A stretch of 64,000 nucleotides of DNA from Candidatus Binatia bacterium (GCA_963666515.2 OY762897.2:736001-800000); one strand, 5' to 3'. Shown: positions 31,042 through 41,318, numbered from the stretch's first letter. The notes: generated from the letters alone by a model not told the origin. A program made the numbers and translations.

Positions 31042-32319
31042 TCACCCAGGGCCGGGCCGGAACCGCCGCTTCCAGGTCAGGGCGGCCCGGATGCTCAGGT
31101 AGACCACCGCGAGGCACAGCAGTTCCAGCATCCACGCGTATTGATACGAGCCCGTTACGTCGTAGGCGAAACCGCCGAACCAGGTGCCGAGAGCCGCGCC
31201 GAGTCCGAAGGTGATCTCCAGGAGCCCGACGATCATGGCGACGTTCCGGCCCCAGAAGATGTCCGCGATGGTGGAGGCGTAGACCGGGTTGCTGGCGCTG
31301 TGGCCCAGCCCGTACAGGAGGGCGAACGCCGCCGGCCACCAGCCGGGCGCCTCGGGGCCCAGCGCCATGAGCACGCCGACGCCGCCCAGCCCCATGAGGG
31401 TGGCGAGGCGCAGCGCGCGCTCCCGGCCGATGCGGTCCGAGGCAAAGCCCCAGATGGCCGTGCCGGGGACCCGCGTCACCCCCACCAGCCCGAAGATCGA
31501 GGCCGCGGCGAGCTTTCCGAACCCGCGGTGGATCAGGTGGGCGACGGCGTGGGTGTACACCAGCGTAATCCCCGCGCCGACGGCGAGGTGGCCCACGGCG
31601 ATGCACCAGAACGGGAACGAGGACAGGGTCTGCCTGAGCGTCCAGTCCCGGTGGCCGGCGGGCCTTGCCGAGGGGGACGTGACGGCCGCCGCGCTCCGGT
31701 CCGGCGCGTCGACGGCGCCGCCGTCCGGAAGCTGGCCGATGTCCTCGGGCCGGCGCCGCTGCAAGAGCCCGTTGAGCGGCACGTGGACCAACAGGATGGC
31801 CGCCCCCAGCAGCGTCATGGCGCCTCGCCAGCCGTAGCTCGTGATGAGCACCTGCACGCCGGGAACGATCACGATGCCGACGCCCAGTCCCATGGCGGCG
31901 ACGCCGATGGCGGAGGCCCGCCGCCTGCGGAACCAGTGGGCCAGCACCGCAGTGGTGCCGACGAAGTCGATGCAGCCGACGCCGAATCCCGCCAGCAGGC
32001 CGTAGCAGAGGTAGAACTGCCACAGGGACCCGCTGCCGGCCGCCAGCACCAGCCCGATGCCGACGAGACCGCAGCCCACGGGCATCATGACGCGCGGCCC
32101 GAGACGGTCGAACGCCCACCCCGCCACCGGCGCCATGGCGCTGTAGACGATGCCGTTCACCGAGGCGATGGTGGCGGTGGTGGCGCGCGACCACCGGAAC
32201 GCCTCCAGCAGCGCCACGTTGAACACGCTGAAGCCGGCCATGAGGCCGCCCACCACCACCAGGTTGAGGAAGCACAGGGCGACGATGACGTAGCCGTAGA
32301 AGAAGGGGCGGCGAAGCAT
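31042..32319 (-). CDS. MFS transporter (OFA/MCT-like)
   Basis: About 12 hydrophobic segments, GWAFDRLGPR motif A, WFRRRR, GFASDRIGR. Confidence 0.93.
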   Translation of the reverse strand: MLRRPFFYGYVIVALCFLNLVVVGGLMAGFSVFNVALLEAFRWSRATTATIASVNGIVYSAMAPVAGWAFDRLGPRVMMPVGCGLVGIGLVLAAGSGSLWQFYLCYGLLAGFGVGCIDFVGTTAVLAHWFRRRRASAIGVAAMGLGVGIVIVPGVQVLITSYGWRGAMTLLGAAILLVHVPLNGLLQRRRPEDIGQLPDGGAVDAPDRSAAAVTSPSARPAGHRDWTLRQTLSSFPFWCIAVGHLAVGAGITLVYTHAVAHLIHRGFGKLAAASIFGLVGVTRVPGTAIWGFASDRIGRERALRLATLMGLGGVGVLMALGPEAPGWWPAAFALLYGLGHSASNPVYASTIADIFWGRNVAMIVGLLEITFGLGAALGTWFGGFAYDVTGSYQYAWMLELLCLAVVYLSIRAALTWKRRFRPGPG

Positions 32320-32373
32320 GAGGCGTTCAGACGGGGTTCAGGATGGTTCCGGTTCTCCGGCCACCGGGTTGTC

Positions 32374-33672
32374 TCACCGCGTCTCGTGGCGAGACCGCCG
32401 CTTCCACACCATGCACGCCTGGACGCTCAGGTAGGCTATCGTGAAGGATACGAGCCCCAGGACCCAGGCGTGCTGGTATGAGCCGGTCACGTCGAACGCA
32501 TAGCCGCCGAACCACGATCCGAGCGCCACCCCGATGCCGAAGGTGACCTCCAGCCAACCGAGGATCTTGCCAACGTTTCTGCCGCCGAAGATGTCCGTGA
32601 TGGTGGCGCCGAAGGTGGGGTTGCCGGAGCTGTGGCCGATGCCGTAGAGGACGGCGAAGGCCACGAACCACCACGCCGGCGCGTCCGCGCTCAGGGCCAT
32701 GAGCACCCCGATCCCGCCAAGGGTGAACAGGGTGCCGAGGCGGTAGGCGCGGTCGCGCCCCAGGCGGTCCGAGATGAACCCCCAGATGGCCGTGCTCGGA
32801 ATCCGCGCCACCCCCACCAGGCTGAAGGCGTTGGCGGCTACCTGTTTCGCCAGTCCGACGTGAACCAGATGGGCGACCGCGTAGGTGTACATGAGGGCAA
32901 GGCCGGTGCCGAGCCCCAGGTGGCCCACGGCAATGGACCAGAACGGGAACGAGCGGAACGCTTCCGCGAGCGTCCAGTCCCGCGCCGGTACCGACTTCGC
33001 GGCGGCGGGTTCCGCCGTCACCACGGGAGCGCCCGTCGCGACCGCGGCAGCATCCGCGGCGCCCGGCGAATCGCCGTCCGGCCGCTGTCCGACATCCTCG
33101 GGCCGACGTCTTTGGAACACGGCGTTCAGAGGCACGATGGTTACCAGAACCACGATCCCCAGCAGCGCCATGGACGCGCGCCAGCCGTACCGGGTGATCA
33201 GGACCTGCACCAGGGGCACGATCAGGATGCCGAAGCCCAGTCCCATGGTGGACAGGCCGAGGGCCATTCCCCGCCGCCGGCGGAACCAGTGGGACAACAG
33301 GGCGGTGTTGCTGACGAAGCCGATGCAGCCGATGCCCAGTCCCACGAGCAGGCCGTACGCGAGGTAGAAGTGCCAGAGCGACCTGCCGGCCCCCGACAGC
33401 AGCAGCCCGCAGCCGATGAGGAAGGCTCCCAAAGGCATGAGAATGCGCGGCCCCAGCCGGTCGTACGCCCAACCCACCAGCGGCGAGGAGGCGCTGTAGA
33501 AAAAGCCGTTCACCGAGGCAATGGAGCCCGTCGCGGCACGAGACCAGCCAAACGTTTCCACCAACGCGATGTAGAAGACGCTGAACGAGGCCAGGATGCC
33601 CCGCATCAGCACCATGTTGAAAAAACAGAGGGCGACGATGACGTAGCCGTAGAAGAAGGGGCGCCGAGCCAT
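32374..33672 (-). CDS. MFS transporter, tandem paralogue
   Basis: GWAYDRLGPR, GFISDRLGR; shares RRPFFYGYVIVALCF start with neighbour. Confidence 0.93.
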   Translation of the reverse strand: MARRPFFYGYVIVALCFFNMVLMRGILASFSVFYIALVETFGWSRAATGSIASVNGFFYSASSPLVGWAYDRLGPRILMPLGAFLIGCGLLLSGAGRSLWHFYLAYGLLVGLGIGCIGFVSNTALLSHWFRRRRGMALGLSTMGLGFGILIVPLVQVLITRYGWRASMALLGIVVLVTIVPLNAVFQRRRPEDVGQRPDGDSPGAADAAAVATGAPVVTAEPAAAKSVPARDWTLAEAFRSFPFWSIAVGHLGLGTGLALMYTYAVAHLVHVGLAKQVAANAFSLVGVARIPSTAIWGFISDRLGRDRAYRLGTLFTLGGIGVLMALSADAPAWWFVAFAVLYGIGHSSGNPTFGATITDIFGGRNVGKILGWLEVTFGIGVALGSWFGGYAFDVTGSYQHAWVLGLVSFTIAYLSVQACMVWKRRSRHETR

Positions 33673-33700
33673 GGGATTCAGGGTCGTGCCGAACGCAGCA

Positions 33701-34669
33701 TCAGATGTGCGGCAGCGTCTCCTCGGCGAACCGCTGCATCTGCTCCAGCCGGTCGGGCCAGCGCGGCACCATGAACTGCAGCGCCAGGTGCTCCACGCCC
33801 GCGTCCCGGTAGCGCGCGATGGCCTCCACGAGTTGGGCCGGAGTGCCGGCCAAGCGGTCAGGCTCCTGGGGCACGGGCTCCGGGGTCACCTCGATGGGGA
33901 GGCAGCAGTTCAGCCGCAGGCCGTCCGGTTCCCGCCCGGACTCCGCGGCGTGGCGCCGGGCGTTGTCGAACCGCGCGGCCAGCTCATCGGGCTCGATGCG
34001 AACGAAGTAAGGGAACCACGCGTCGCCGTAGCGGCCCGCGCGCCGCTGCGCCCGGCGGCCCTCGCCGCCGATCCAGACGGGGATGCCGCGCGGCGCCGGC
34101 GGCTTGGGCAGGAAGGCCACGTCCTCGAACTCGTAGAACTCGCCGGAGAAGCTGGCGTGCTCGGCGCTCCACAGTTCCCGCAAGACCTTGAGTTGCTCGT
34201 CGGTCCTGCGTCCCCGGTCCTCGAACGGCGCCTGCAACGCCCGGAACTCTTCCTCCATCCACCCCACCCCGACGCCCAGGATGAACCGGCCTTCGGAGAG
34301 ATGGTCCAGGGTCACGGCGATCTTGGCCCACACCAGCGGCTGGCGGTAGGGCAGCACCAGGACGCTGATGCCCAGTTCGACCCGGCTGGTGCAGGCGGCG
34401 AGGAACGTCAGGCAGGTCAGGGAATCCAGGAACGGGCGGTCCGGCGGCACGATGAACGCTCCGTCCTTGCCGTAGGGATAGGGCGTGTCGATGCGCCAGG
34501 GGATGATGATGCGGTCCGCCGCCCAGATGGAGTCGAAGCCCCAATCCTCGGCGCTCCGGGCTGCCTGACGCAGGGTTTCGGGCGTAGCGGCTCGTCCTGA
34601 GATCGGCAGGAAGACTCCGGTTTTCGTGGCGTGGCTCCGTTCGAAGGGGGATACGGTCAGTGGTTGCAC
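33701..34669 (-). CDS. LLM class, probably F420-dependent, oxidoreductase
   Basis: AEDWGFDSIWAAD, LGISVLVLPYR, TLDHLSEGR, GVGWMEEEF, PVWIGG. Confidence 0.9.
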   Translation of the reverse strand: MQPLTVSPFERSHATKTGVFLPISGRAATPETLRQAARSAEDWGFDSIWAADRIIIPWRIDTPYPYGKDGAFIVPPDRPFLDSLTCLTFLAACTSRVELGISVLVLPYRQPLVWAKIAVTLDHLSEGRFILGVGVGWMEEEFRALQAPFEDRGRRTDEQLKVLRELWSAEHASFSGEFYEFEDVAFLPKPPAPRGIPVWIGGEGRRAQRRAGRYGDAWFPYFVRIEPDELAARFDNARRHAAESGREPDGLRLNCCLPIEVTPEPVPQEPDRLAGTPAQLVEAIARYRDAGVEHLALQFMVPRWPDRLEQMQRFAEETLPHI

Positions 34670-34834
34670 TACTAGCCGAACCCGGGCGGGGCTGTCAAAC
34701 CAGCCAAGGTTGACGCGAGCGGCGCAAAGGGGCTATGGCTTTGCTACGCCACGCGGTCGCGCGGGCCGCCGGAAACGCGGCGCGGGCGTCTGGCGGAAAC
34801 GCGTCAACAACACACACCGAGGGGAGAACACCAC

Positions 34835-36604
34835 ATGGCAAAGGCCGCAAGGACGGAGAAGAAGCAGGCAGAGTACGGCTCGGACGTGGTCGTCGACATG
34901 CTCAAGGCGTTCGACATCGAGTACACGGCCTTCAACCCCGGAGCGAGCTTCCGCGGCATCCACGACTCCATCGTGAACTACGGCGGCAACCACCACCCGG
35001 AGGTGATCTTCTGCTGCCACGAGGAGATCTCGGTGGCCATCTCCCACGGCTACGCCAAGGCCACGGGCAAGCCCATGGTGGCGATCCTGCACGACGTGGT
35101 GGGCCTGCAGCACGGCAGCATGGGCATCTTCAACGCCTGGTGCGACCGGGTGCCGGTCATCTGCCTGGGCGGCACCGGCCCGGTGGACACCACCATCCGC
35201 CGCCCCTGGATCGACTGGATCCACACCGCGCTGACGCAGGGCAACCAGGTGCGCGACTACACCAAGTGGGACGACCAGCCGGCCACGCTGGAGAGCATCC
35301 CGGAGTCCTTCATCCGCGGCTACCGGCTCGCCGTCACCGAGCCCACCGCGCCGGTCTACATCAACTACGACGCCGGCCTCCAGGAGATGGAGGTGGCGAA
35401 GCAGATCGAGGTCCCCGACGTGAGCCGGTTCGCGCCCCAGGCGCCGGTGCAGGGAAACCCCGAGGCCATGCGCCGGGCCGCCGAGCTGCTGGTGGGCGCC
35501 AAGGCGCCCCTCATCATCGCCGACTTCATGGGACGCAAGCCCGCGGCGGTGGCGGCCCTGGCCGAGCTGGCGGAGCTGCTGGCGATCCCGGTCATCGACA
35601 AGGGCAACCGCCACAACATCGCCAACACCCATCCGCTGGACGTGACCAACGTCTCCGGCGACTTCCTCAAGAAGGCCGACGTGGTGCTGGCGCTGGACGT
35701 CCAGGACCTCTACGGCTCGCTGACCACCGTGGACCGCACCACCCGGGAGATGGGCTACGTCATCCAGCCCGGCACGCAGATCATCCACATCAACCTGAAC
35801 GACATGCTGGTGCACAGTTGGGCCACGGACGTGCAGCCGCTCCAGGCCGTGGACGTTCCCATCAGCGCCGACACCGCCATCGCCCTGCCCGAGCTGACCC
35901 GCCTGTGCCGCGAGTTGATGGGCTCGGACAAGTCGGCCGTCGAGGCCCGCGCCAGGGAAGTGAAGGCGGTGCACGATGCGGCCCGCGCCCGCTGGCAGGA
36001 GGAGGCGCGGCAGACCCTGACCCGCAACGACATCTCCACCGCCTGCCTCGGCTACGAGTTGGGCGAGGCGGTCAAGAACGAGGACTGGGTGCTGGCCAAC
36101 GGCAGCGCCAACGGCTGGGCGCGGAAGCTATGGGACTGGACCAAGCCGGGACAGTACCTGGGGCGTAGCGGCGGCGCCGGCGTGGGCTACGGCATGAGCG
36201 CCGCCATCGGCGTGGCCCTGGGGCACATGGGGACGGACAAGTTCTGCGTGGACATCCAGTCGGACGGCGACCTGCTGATGACCTCCAGCGCCCTGTGGAC
36301 CGCGGCGCACCACAAGATCCCGCTGCTGATCGTCATCCACAACAACCAGTCCTTCTACAACTCGGAAGAGCACGGCATCAAGCTGGCCGAGTTCCGCAAC
36401 CGCCCGGTGGAGAACGCCGGCATCGGCACCCACGTGAGCGACCCGCTGGTGGACTACGCCAAGATGGCCGAGTGCTTCGGCGTGTGGGGCGAGGGTCCCA
36501 TCACCACGCCGGCGGAATTGGGACCCGCGCTGGAGCGGGCCTGCAAGGTGGTCAAGGAGCAGCGGCTCCCCGCCGTGGTGGACGTGGTCTCGGACCCGCG
36601 CTGA
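34835..36604 (+). CDS. Thiamine-diphosphate-binding enzyme (acetolactate synthase/benzoylformate decarboxylase superfamily)
   Basis: NPGASFRGIHDS, HEEISV, GYAKATG, SDGD...HNN ThDP motif. Confidence 0.92.
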   Translation: MAKAARTEKKQAEYGSDVVVDMLKAFDIEYTAFNPGASFRGIHDSIVNYGGNHHPEVIFCCHEEISVAISHGYAKATGKPMVAILHDVVGLQHGSMGIFNAWCDRVPVICLGGTGPVDTTIRRPWIDWIHTALTQGNQVRDYTKWDDQPATLESIPESFIRGYRLAVTEPTAPVYINYDAGLQEMEVAKQIEVPDVSRFAPQAPVQGNPEAMRRAAELLVGAKAPLIIADFMGRKPAAVAALAELAELLAIPVIDKGNRHNIANTHPLDVTNVSGDFLKKADVVLALDVQDLYGSLTTVDRTTREMGYVIQPGTQIIHINLNDMLVHSWATDVQPLQAVDVPISADTAIALPELTRLCRELMGSDKSAVEARAREVKAVHDAARARWQEEARQTLTRNDISTACLGYELGEAVKNEDWVLANGSANGWARKLWDWTKPGQYLGRSGGAGVGYGMSAAIGVALGHMGTDKFCVDIQSDGDLLMTSSALWTAAHHKIPLLIVIHNNQSFYNSEEHGIKLAEFRNRPVENAGIGTHVSDPLVDYAKMAECFGVWGEGPITTPAELGPALERACKVVKEQRLPAVVDVVSDPR

Positions 36605-36611
36605 CCGGAGA

Positions 36612-37442
36612 ATGGACGAGAGCGCGCAGCATCCGGCCTTCGCCGAGGCGGTGGCCGGACCCGACTTCGACCTGGCCCGGGCGGCCCTGACCATCGCCCT
36701 GGCCGAGTACCCCGACCTCGACATACCCGGGCACCTGGAGCAGTTGCGTAAGCTGGCCGACCGGGTAGGCGACGCGGCCGGCGCCGAAGAGGGCGCCTAC
36801 CGGCGGTTGGCGTGCGTCGATTACGTGCTGTTCCGGCAGGAAGGCTTCAAGGGCAACGAGGACGACTACTACGACCCGGAGAACAGCTTCCTCAACCGGG
36901 TCATGGAGCGCAGGCGCGGCATTCCCATTACCCTGTCGGTGCTCTACATGGAGGTGGCCCGGCGCGCGGGCCTGGACGCCCAGGGGGTGGGCTTCCCCGG
37001 TCATTTCCTGGTGAAGACGGTGTGCGAGGACCAGGAGGTCTTCGTGGACCCCTTCCACGGCGTCAGCATCCTGTCCCCGTCGGACCTCCAGGAACTGCTG
37101 GACAAGCTGTACGGCGGCCGGCTGGAGGTTCAGCCCGAATTTCTCTCCGCGGTGCCCAAGCGGCAGATCGTTCAGCGGATGCTGAACAACATCAAGCTCA
37201 TCTACTCCAACCGGCAGGACCTGAAACGGTGCCTCCGCACGGTGGAGCACTTGGTGATCCTCAACCCGGACGAAGCCGACCAGGTCCGCGACCGCGGCCT
37301 GTTGCGGTTGCGGCTGGAGGACAGCGCCGGCGCGCTGGCCGATTTCGAGCGGTATCTGGAACTGGCGCCGGACGCCGAAAGCGCCCCGGCGGTGCGGGAA
37401 CAGATCGAGCGCATCGGGAAGCACGCCCGCGTGGTTCACTGA
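36612..37442 (+). CDS. SirB1-family transglutaminase-like/TPR protein
   Basis: GF.GN..DYYDPENSFLN.V..RRRGIPITL, GVGFPGHFL, RDRGL. Confidence 0.92.
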   Translation: MDESAQHPAFAEAVAGPDFDLARAALTIALAEYPDLDIPGHLEQLRKLADRVGDAAGAEEGAYRRLACVDYVLFRQEGFKGNEDDYYDPENSFLNRVMERRRGIPITLSVLYMEVARRAGLDAQGVGFPGHFLVKTVCEDQEVFVDPFHGVSILSPSDLQELLDKLYGGRLEVQPEFLSAVPKRQIVQRMLNNIKLIYSNRQDLKRCLRTVEHLVILNPDEADQVRDRGLLRLRLEDSAGALADFERYLELAPDAESAPAVREQIERIGKHARVVH

Positions 37443-37516
37443 GGGCAGGGACGGCGGCCCGCGTTTGCAGGGTTTTCACCACGGCGCAGGCTGCCGGCGC
37501 CGCCCGCGCTCGCTCC

Positions 37517-39535
37517 TCACTGAAACGCCTTCACGTACGCCCGCTGCACCCTCTCCACCCGGGTGGTGTACAGCAGGCCGAGGCGGGCGAACGCTTCCAG
37601 GGCGGCGCCGTCTCCCTGGTCCATGGGGAAGTGGACCACCTTGCGGAAGCGCTTGATTTCCTTCTGTGACTCCTCGGTGAGGTTCTCCACTGCCTGTTGC
37701 AGTTCTTCGCGCCCCTTCAGGACCTTGTTGAGGATGGGCAGCACCAGCACGTCGGCCTTGTCCTGGATGCGTGACAGGGCCGCGCTCGCCACCGGCACCA
37801 CGTCGATGCCGAGGTCGGACAGGAAGTTGCTCAGCCGTTGCCCCACCTGGTCCTTCAGGAAAGCTTCCGGCACCGCCACGGCGTGGCGCAGCCGGCGCCG
37901 CATCCACCGCCACGGCGTGGGGTAGACCTCGCGCCGCATCTTCCGCAGGTATTCCTTGCTCAACTCGCCCCAGGTCTGCTCCACCTCGGCGCTCTCTACG
38001 AAAGGCGCGGCGGCCACGGTCTCGGGGTCGCCGTGGGCCTTGTCCACGTAGTCGTGGAAGTGTTTCTCCGAGATCATGTAGCTGATGGCGTAGTCCAGCT
38101 TCTCGAAGTTGGGGCGCGGCCACATGACCTGCCGCAGGGTCTTGAGGAAGAAGCGGCGCCGGGCACGGTCGGTGGTGAAGACGTAGTGCCGTACCGCCTT
38201 GGCCACGATGCCGAGGATTTCGCGGTCCACTTTTCCGCGGCCGCGGCGAATATATTCGGGCCGAAACGCCTGGACTCCGGTGGCCAGCCGCGCGCCGTAG
38301 TTCTCGTACTTGTAGAGGCTCCGGATCAGCCAGTTGTAGCCCTGCTGCACCTCCTCGATGCTCATCAGCTTGGGGACGAAGTTCAGGTCCGCGGAGCCGT
38401 GCCCACTCATCTGCGCGGAGTCGTAGGGGATCAGCCGGCCTTCCTTCTCCATGCGTTCGTAGAGAGGCGTCTTCTCGATCGCGGTCAGCACGCCGCTGGT
38501 GGTGAAGGCGATGCCGGCCTCCTGCAGGAACTCGAACTGCTCCCGGAAAATGTCCTTGTCGTCGTTGTCGAAGCCCACGATCATGCCCGCCAGGATCGCC
38601 ATGTTGTGGGACTGGATCTTGCGGATGCTCTCCATCAGCGGCGAGGTGGTGTTCTGCCGCTTCTGGGTCTCGTTGAGGCTCGCCACCCGCGGCGACTCGA
38701 TGCCCAGGAACATGCTGGTGAAGTTGGCGTCGTGCAGCAACTGGAGCAGCTTGGGCTTCTCCGCCACGTTGATGGTCATCTCCCCGGAGAAGTTGATGGG
38801 ATACTTGTTGGCGCGGCCGAACTCCGCCACCGCGGTCAGCAGTTCCTCGGCGTAGCGCATGTTGCCGATGAGGTTGGCGTCGGAGAAGCTGATGTGTATT
38901 CCGCCGACGGACCGCACGGCTTCGATCTCCGCGATCACGTGGTCCACGCTCTTGGTGCGCGGCACCCGCCCGTCGGTGATGATGATGTCGCAGAACTCGC
39001 ACTTGAAGGGGCAGCCCCGGGTGGTCTGCAGGAAGTAGTAGAGGTAGTCGTCCCTGGACGCCAAGTCCACCCGCGGCACCGGCGACAGCGTGATGTCGAC
39101 GTTGCCTTCCTGCTTGTAGAGGGCCTGGTGGCTGCCCGAGCGGAGGTCGTCGCAGAACTGCGGCCAGGTGATCTCCACCTCGCCGTCGAAGACCACGTCG
39201 AACGATCCGTCGGTGAAGCGCTCGGGGCACAGGGAGGGGTAGGGGCCTCCCACCACCACCATCTTCCCCTGCTTTCGGAACGCTTCCGCGATCTGCCGGG
39301 CGCGGCCGTACTGGATGTTCCAGCAGGCGATGGCCACGACGTCGGCGTCGGTCTCGAAATCGAGCGGCCGGACGTTCTCGTCCCGGAGTTCCACGTCGAA
39401 GTCCGGCGGCGTCAGCGCGGCCACCGTGAGAAGCCCCAGCGGCGTCTGCGCGCAACGCTGCGGCAGGATGTCGGTGATCCCGGTCAGGCGCCACAGCGAG
39501 TTCGGGAAGCGCGGGTTGACGAACAGAATCTTCAT
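37517..39535 (-). CDS. B12-binding radical SAM protein (DUF4070 type) with extra C-terminal domain
   Basis: PLGLLTVAAL, DENV, VVVGGPY, TRGCPFKCEFC, FLGIESP, IVGFDND. Confidence 0.92.
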   Translation of the reverse strand: MKILFVNPRFPNSLWRLTGITDILPQRCAQTPLGLLTVAALTPPDFDVELRDENVRPLDFETDADVVAIACWNIQYGRARQIAEAFRKQGKMVVVGGPYPSLCPERFTDGSFDVVFDGEVEITWPQFCDDLRSGSHQALYKQEGNVDITLSPVPRVDLASRDDYLYYFLQTTRGCPFKCEFCDIIITDGRVPRTKSVDHVIAEIEAVRSVGGIHISFSDANLIGNMRYAEELLTAVAEFGRANKYPINFSGEMTINVAEKPKLLQLLHDANFTSMFLGIESPRVASLNETQKRQNTTSPLMESIRKIQSHNMAILAGMIVGFDNDDKDIFREQFEFLQEAGIAFTTSGVLTAIEKTPLYERMEKEGRLIPYDSAQMSGHGSADLNFVPKLMSIEEVQQGYNWLIRSLYKYENYGARLATGVQAFRPEYIRRGRGKVDREILGIVAKAVRHYVFTTDRARRRFFLKTLRQVMWPRPNFEKLDYAISYMISEKHFHDYVDKAHGDPETVAAAPFVESAEVEQTWGELSKEYLRKMRREVYPTPWRWMRRRLRHAVAVPEAFLKDQVGQRLSNFLSDLGIDVVPVASAALSRIQDKADVLVLPILNKVLKGREELQQAVENLTEESQKEIKRFRKVVHFPMDQGDGAALEAFARLGLLYTTRVERVQRAYVKAFQ

Positions 39536-39728
39536 GGCGTGAAACTCCTCATCGGGTCGGTGTGTCTGACCGTGCTCTGCGGCTCTGCGGTTTTGCTTTT
39601 TGTTCCCGCGATGGTTTATTGATGACTGCGTCGGGAAGCGCCGTCAGACCTCACAATAAACCGAATTTGCGCAACGTTATCAACCGTAAACCGGCGCTGT
39701 CAATGCTTTTTTCCGATTCCGCCCGAAC

Positions 39729-40418
39729 ATGTCCATGATCCGGCTCCACAAGGTCTCCAAGCTCTATCCGCCCGACGACACCGGGGTCCGCGACGTCACG
39801 TTCGAGGTGGAGGATGGAGAGTTCCTGTTCCTGTGCGGCCCCAGCGGAGCCGGCAAGACCACGCTGCTGCGCCTGCTGTTCCGCGCCGAGCCGGTCACCG
39901 AAGGCCAGGTCATCGTCAGCGGCCGAAACATCACGCGCCTGAAGGGCGACGGGCTGGCGGCGTTCAGGCGGAGACTGGGGCTGGTCTTCCAGGATTTCAA
40001 GCTGATCCCCCGCATGACCGCGCTGGAGAACGTGGCGCTGGCCGCGGACGTCACCGGGGTCTCCTGGCGCGAAAGCCGGCGCAAGGCATTCAGGCTGTTG
40101 GCGGAACTGGGGCTCAAGGACAAGTACGGCGCCTTGCCGCCGGCCCTTTCCGGCGGAGAGCAGCAGCGCGTGGCCATCGCACGCGCGCTGGTCAACGACC
40201 CGGAGCTGGTGCTGGCCGACGAGCCCACCGGCAACCTGGATCCGGAGATGGCCGAGGAGACCATGCGGCTGTTCGCGCGCATCCACCGGCAGGGCACCAC
40301 CGTGCTCATCGCCACCCACGATCACCGTTTCCTGCAGCGCTTCGACGGGCGCGTCCTGCTGATGCGCCAGGGACGTCTGGCCGGCGTCCACGGCGCGGTC
40401 CCGGCGGTGTCGGCGTGA
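39729..40418 (+). CDS. ftsE: Cell division ABC ATPase FtsE
   Basis: GPSGAGKT, GLVFQDFKL, LSGGEQQRV, ADEPTGNLD; followed by ftsX. Confidence 0.95.
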   Translation: MSMIRLHKVSKLYPPDDTGVRDVTFEVEDGEFLFLCGPSGAGKTTLLRLLFRAEPVTEGQVIVSGRNITRLKGDGLAAFRRRLGLVFQDFKLIPRMTALENVALAADVTGVSWRESRRKAFRLLAELGLKDKYGALPPALSGGEQQRVAIARALVNDPELVLADEPTGNLDPEMAEETMRLFARIHRQGTTVLIATHDHRFLQRFDGRVLLMRQGRLAGVHGAVPAVSA

Positions 40419-41314
40419 TGAAATCGGTCTACGTCCTGTTCGTGGCCGGGCGCGTCGGCAGAAGCCTGCGGGAGCTGTTCTGGACCCACCTGCTCACCGC
40501 CGGAGTCATGGCCATGACCCTGTCCGTGTTCGGCGGATTCCTGATGATCCAGGGAAACGTCGGCCGGCTGGTGCAGGGCTGGAGCGACCAGGTCCAGGTG
40601 TTCGCGTACCTGAAGGACGGCGTCGACGCGGCCGCGGCGGAAGCCATGCGTTCCCGGGTCGCCGCCTACCCGGAGGTGAAGGCCGTCCGCTACGTCTCCC
40701 GGGAGCGCGCCTGGGACGAGTTCAGGAAGACCCTGGGATCGCAGTCCGGGATCCTCGAGGGCCTGGAGCCCGACGTGCTGCCGGCCTCCCTGGACGTGGA
40801 GGTGCGGTCCGGCCACCGCTCGCGCGAAGCGGTGCTGAGCCTGGCGCGACGCATGGCGGCCCTGGAAGGGGTGCAGGAGGTGGAGTACCCGGAAACGTGG
40901 CTGGAGAAGGTGCGGCTGCTGATGATCGGCATCGAGTGGCTGAAGTGGCTGCTCGGGGGCTTCCTTTTCCTGGTGGCTTTCCTGATCGTCGGCAGCACCA
41001 TCAAGCTCGCCATCGTGGCGCGACAGGACGAGATCGAGATCATGCAGCTCGTGGGTGCCGCGGACGGACTGATCAAGGCGCCCTTCGTCATCGAGGGTAT
41101 GATCCAGGGGCTGGTGGGGGCCGCCCTGGCCCTGGCGCTGCTCCGGGGAGCGTTCTCGCTCCTGACCGCGGAGTTGCTGGCGCCGTTCGGCGCCCTCGTG
41201 GCCGGCCGGCAGTTCGCCTTCCTCGGAGCGGGCGAATGCGCGCTGCTGGTGCTGATGGGGTGGCTCCTGGGCGCCGCCGGAAGCATGCTGTCCGTGAAGA
41301 GGCACCTGGCGTGA
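40418..41314 (+). CDS. ftsX: Cell division permease FtsX
   Basis: TGATG overlap; EIEIMQLVGA...IKAPFVIEG. Confidence 0.93.
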   Translation: MKSVYVLFVAGRVGRSLRELFWTHLLTAGVMAMTLSVFGGFLMIQGNVGRLVQGWSDQVQVFAYLKDGVDAAAAEAMRSRVAAYPEVKAVRYVSRERAWDEFRKTLGSQSGILEGLEPDVLPASLDVEVRSGHRSREAVLSLARRMAALEGVQEVEYPETWLEKVRLLMIGIEWLKWLLGGFLFLVAFLIVGSTIKLAIVARQDEIEIMQLVGAADGLIKAPFVIEGMIQGLVGAALALALLRGAFSLLTAELLAPFGALVAGRQFAFLGAGECALLVLMGWLLGAAGSMLSVKRHLA

Positions 41315-41318
41315 CGCC

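Noticed and set aside
34710-34739. Sigma70 promoter for the TPP enzyme (TTGACG-18-TATGGC)
   Set aside because: Weak -10 and long spacer; not enough support.
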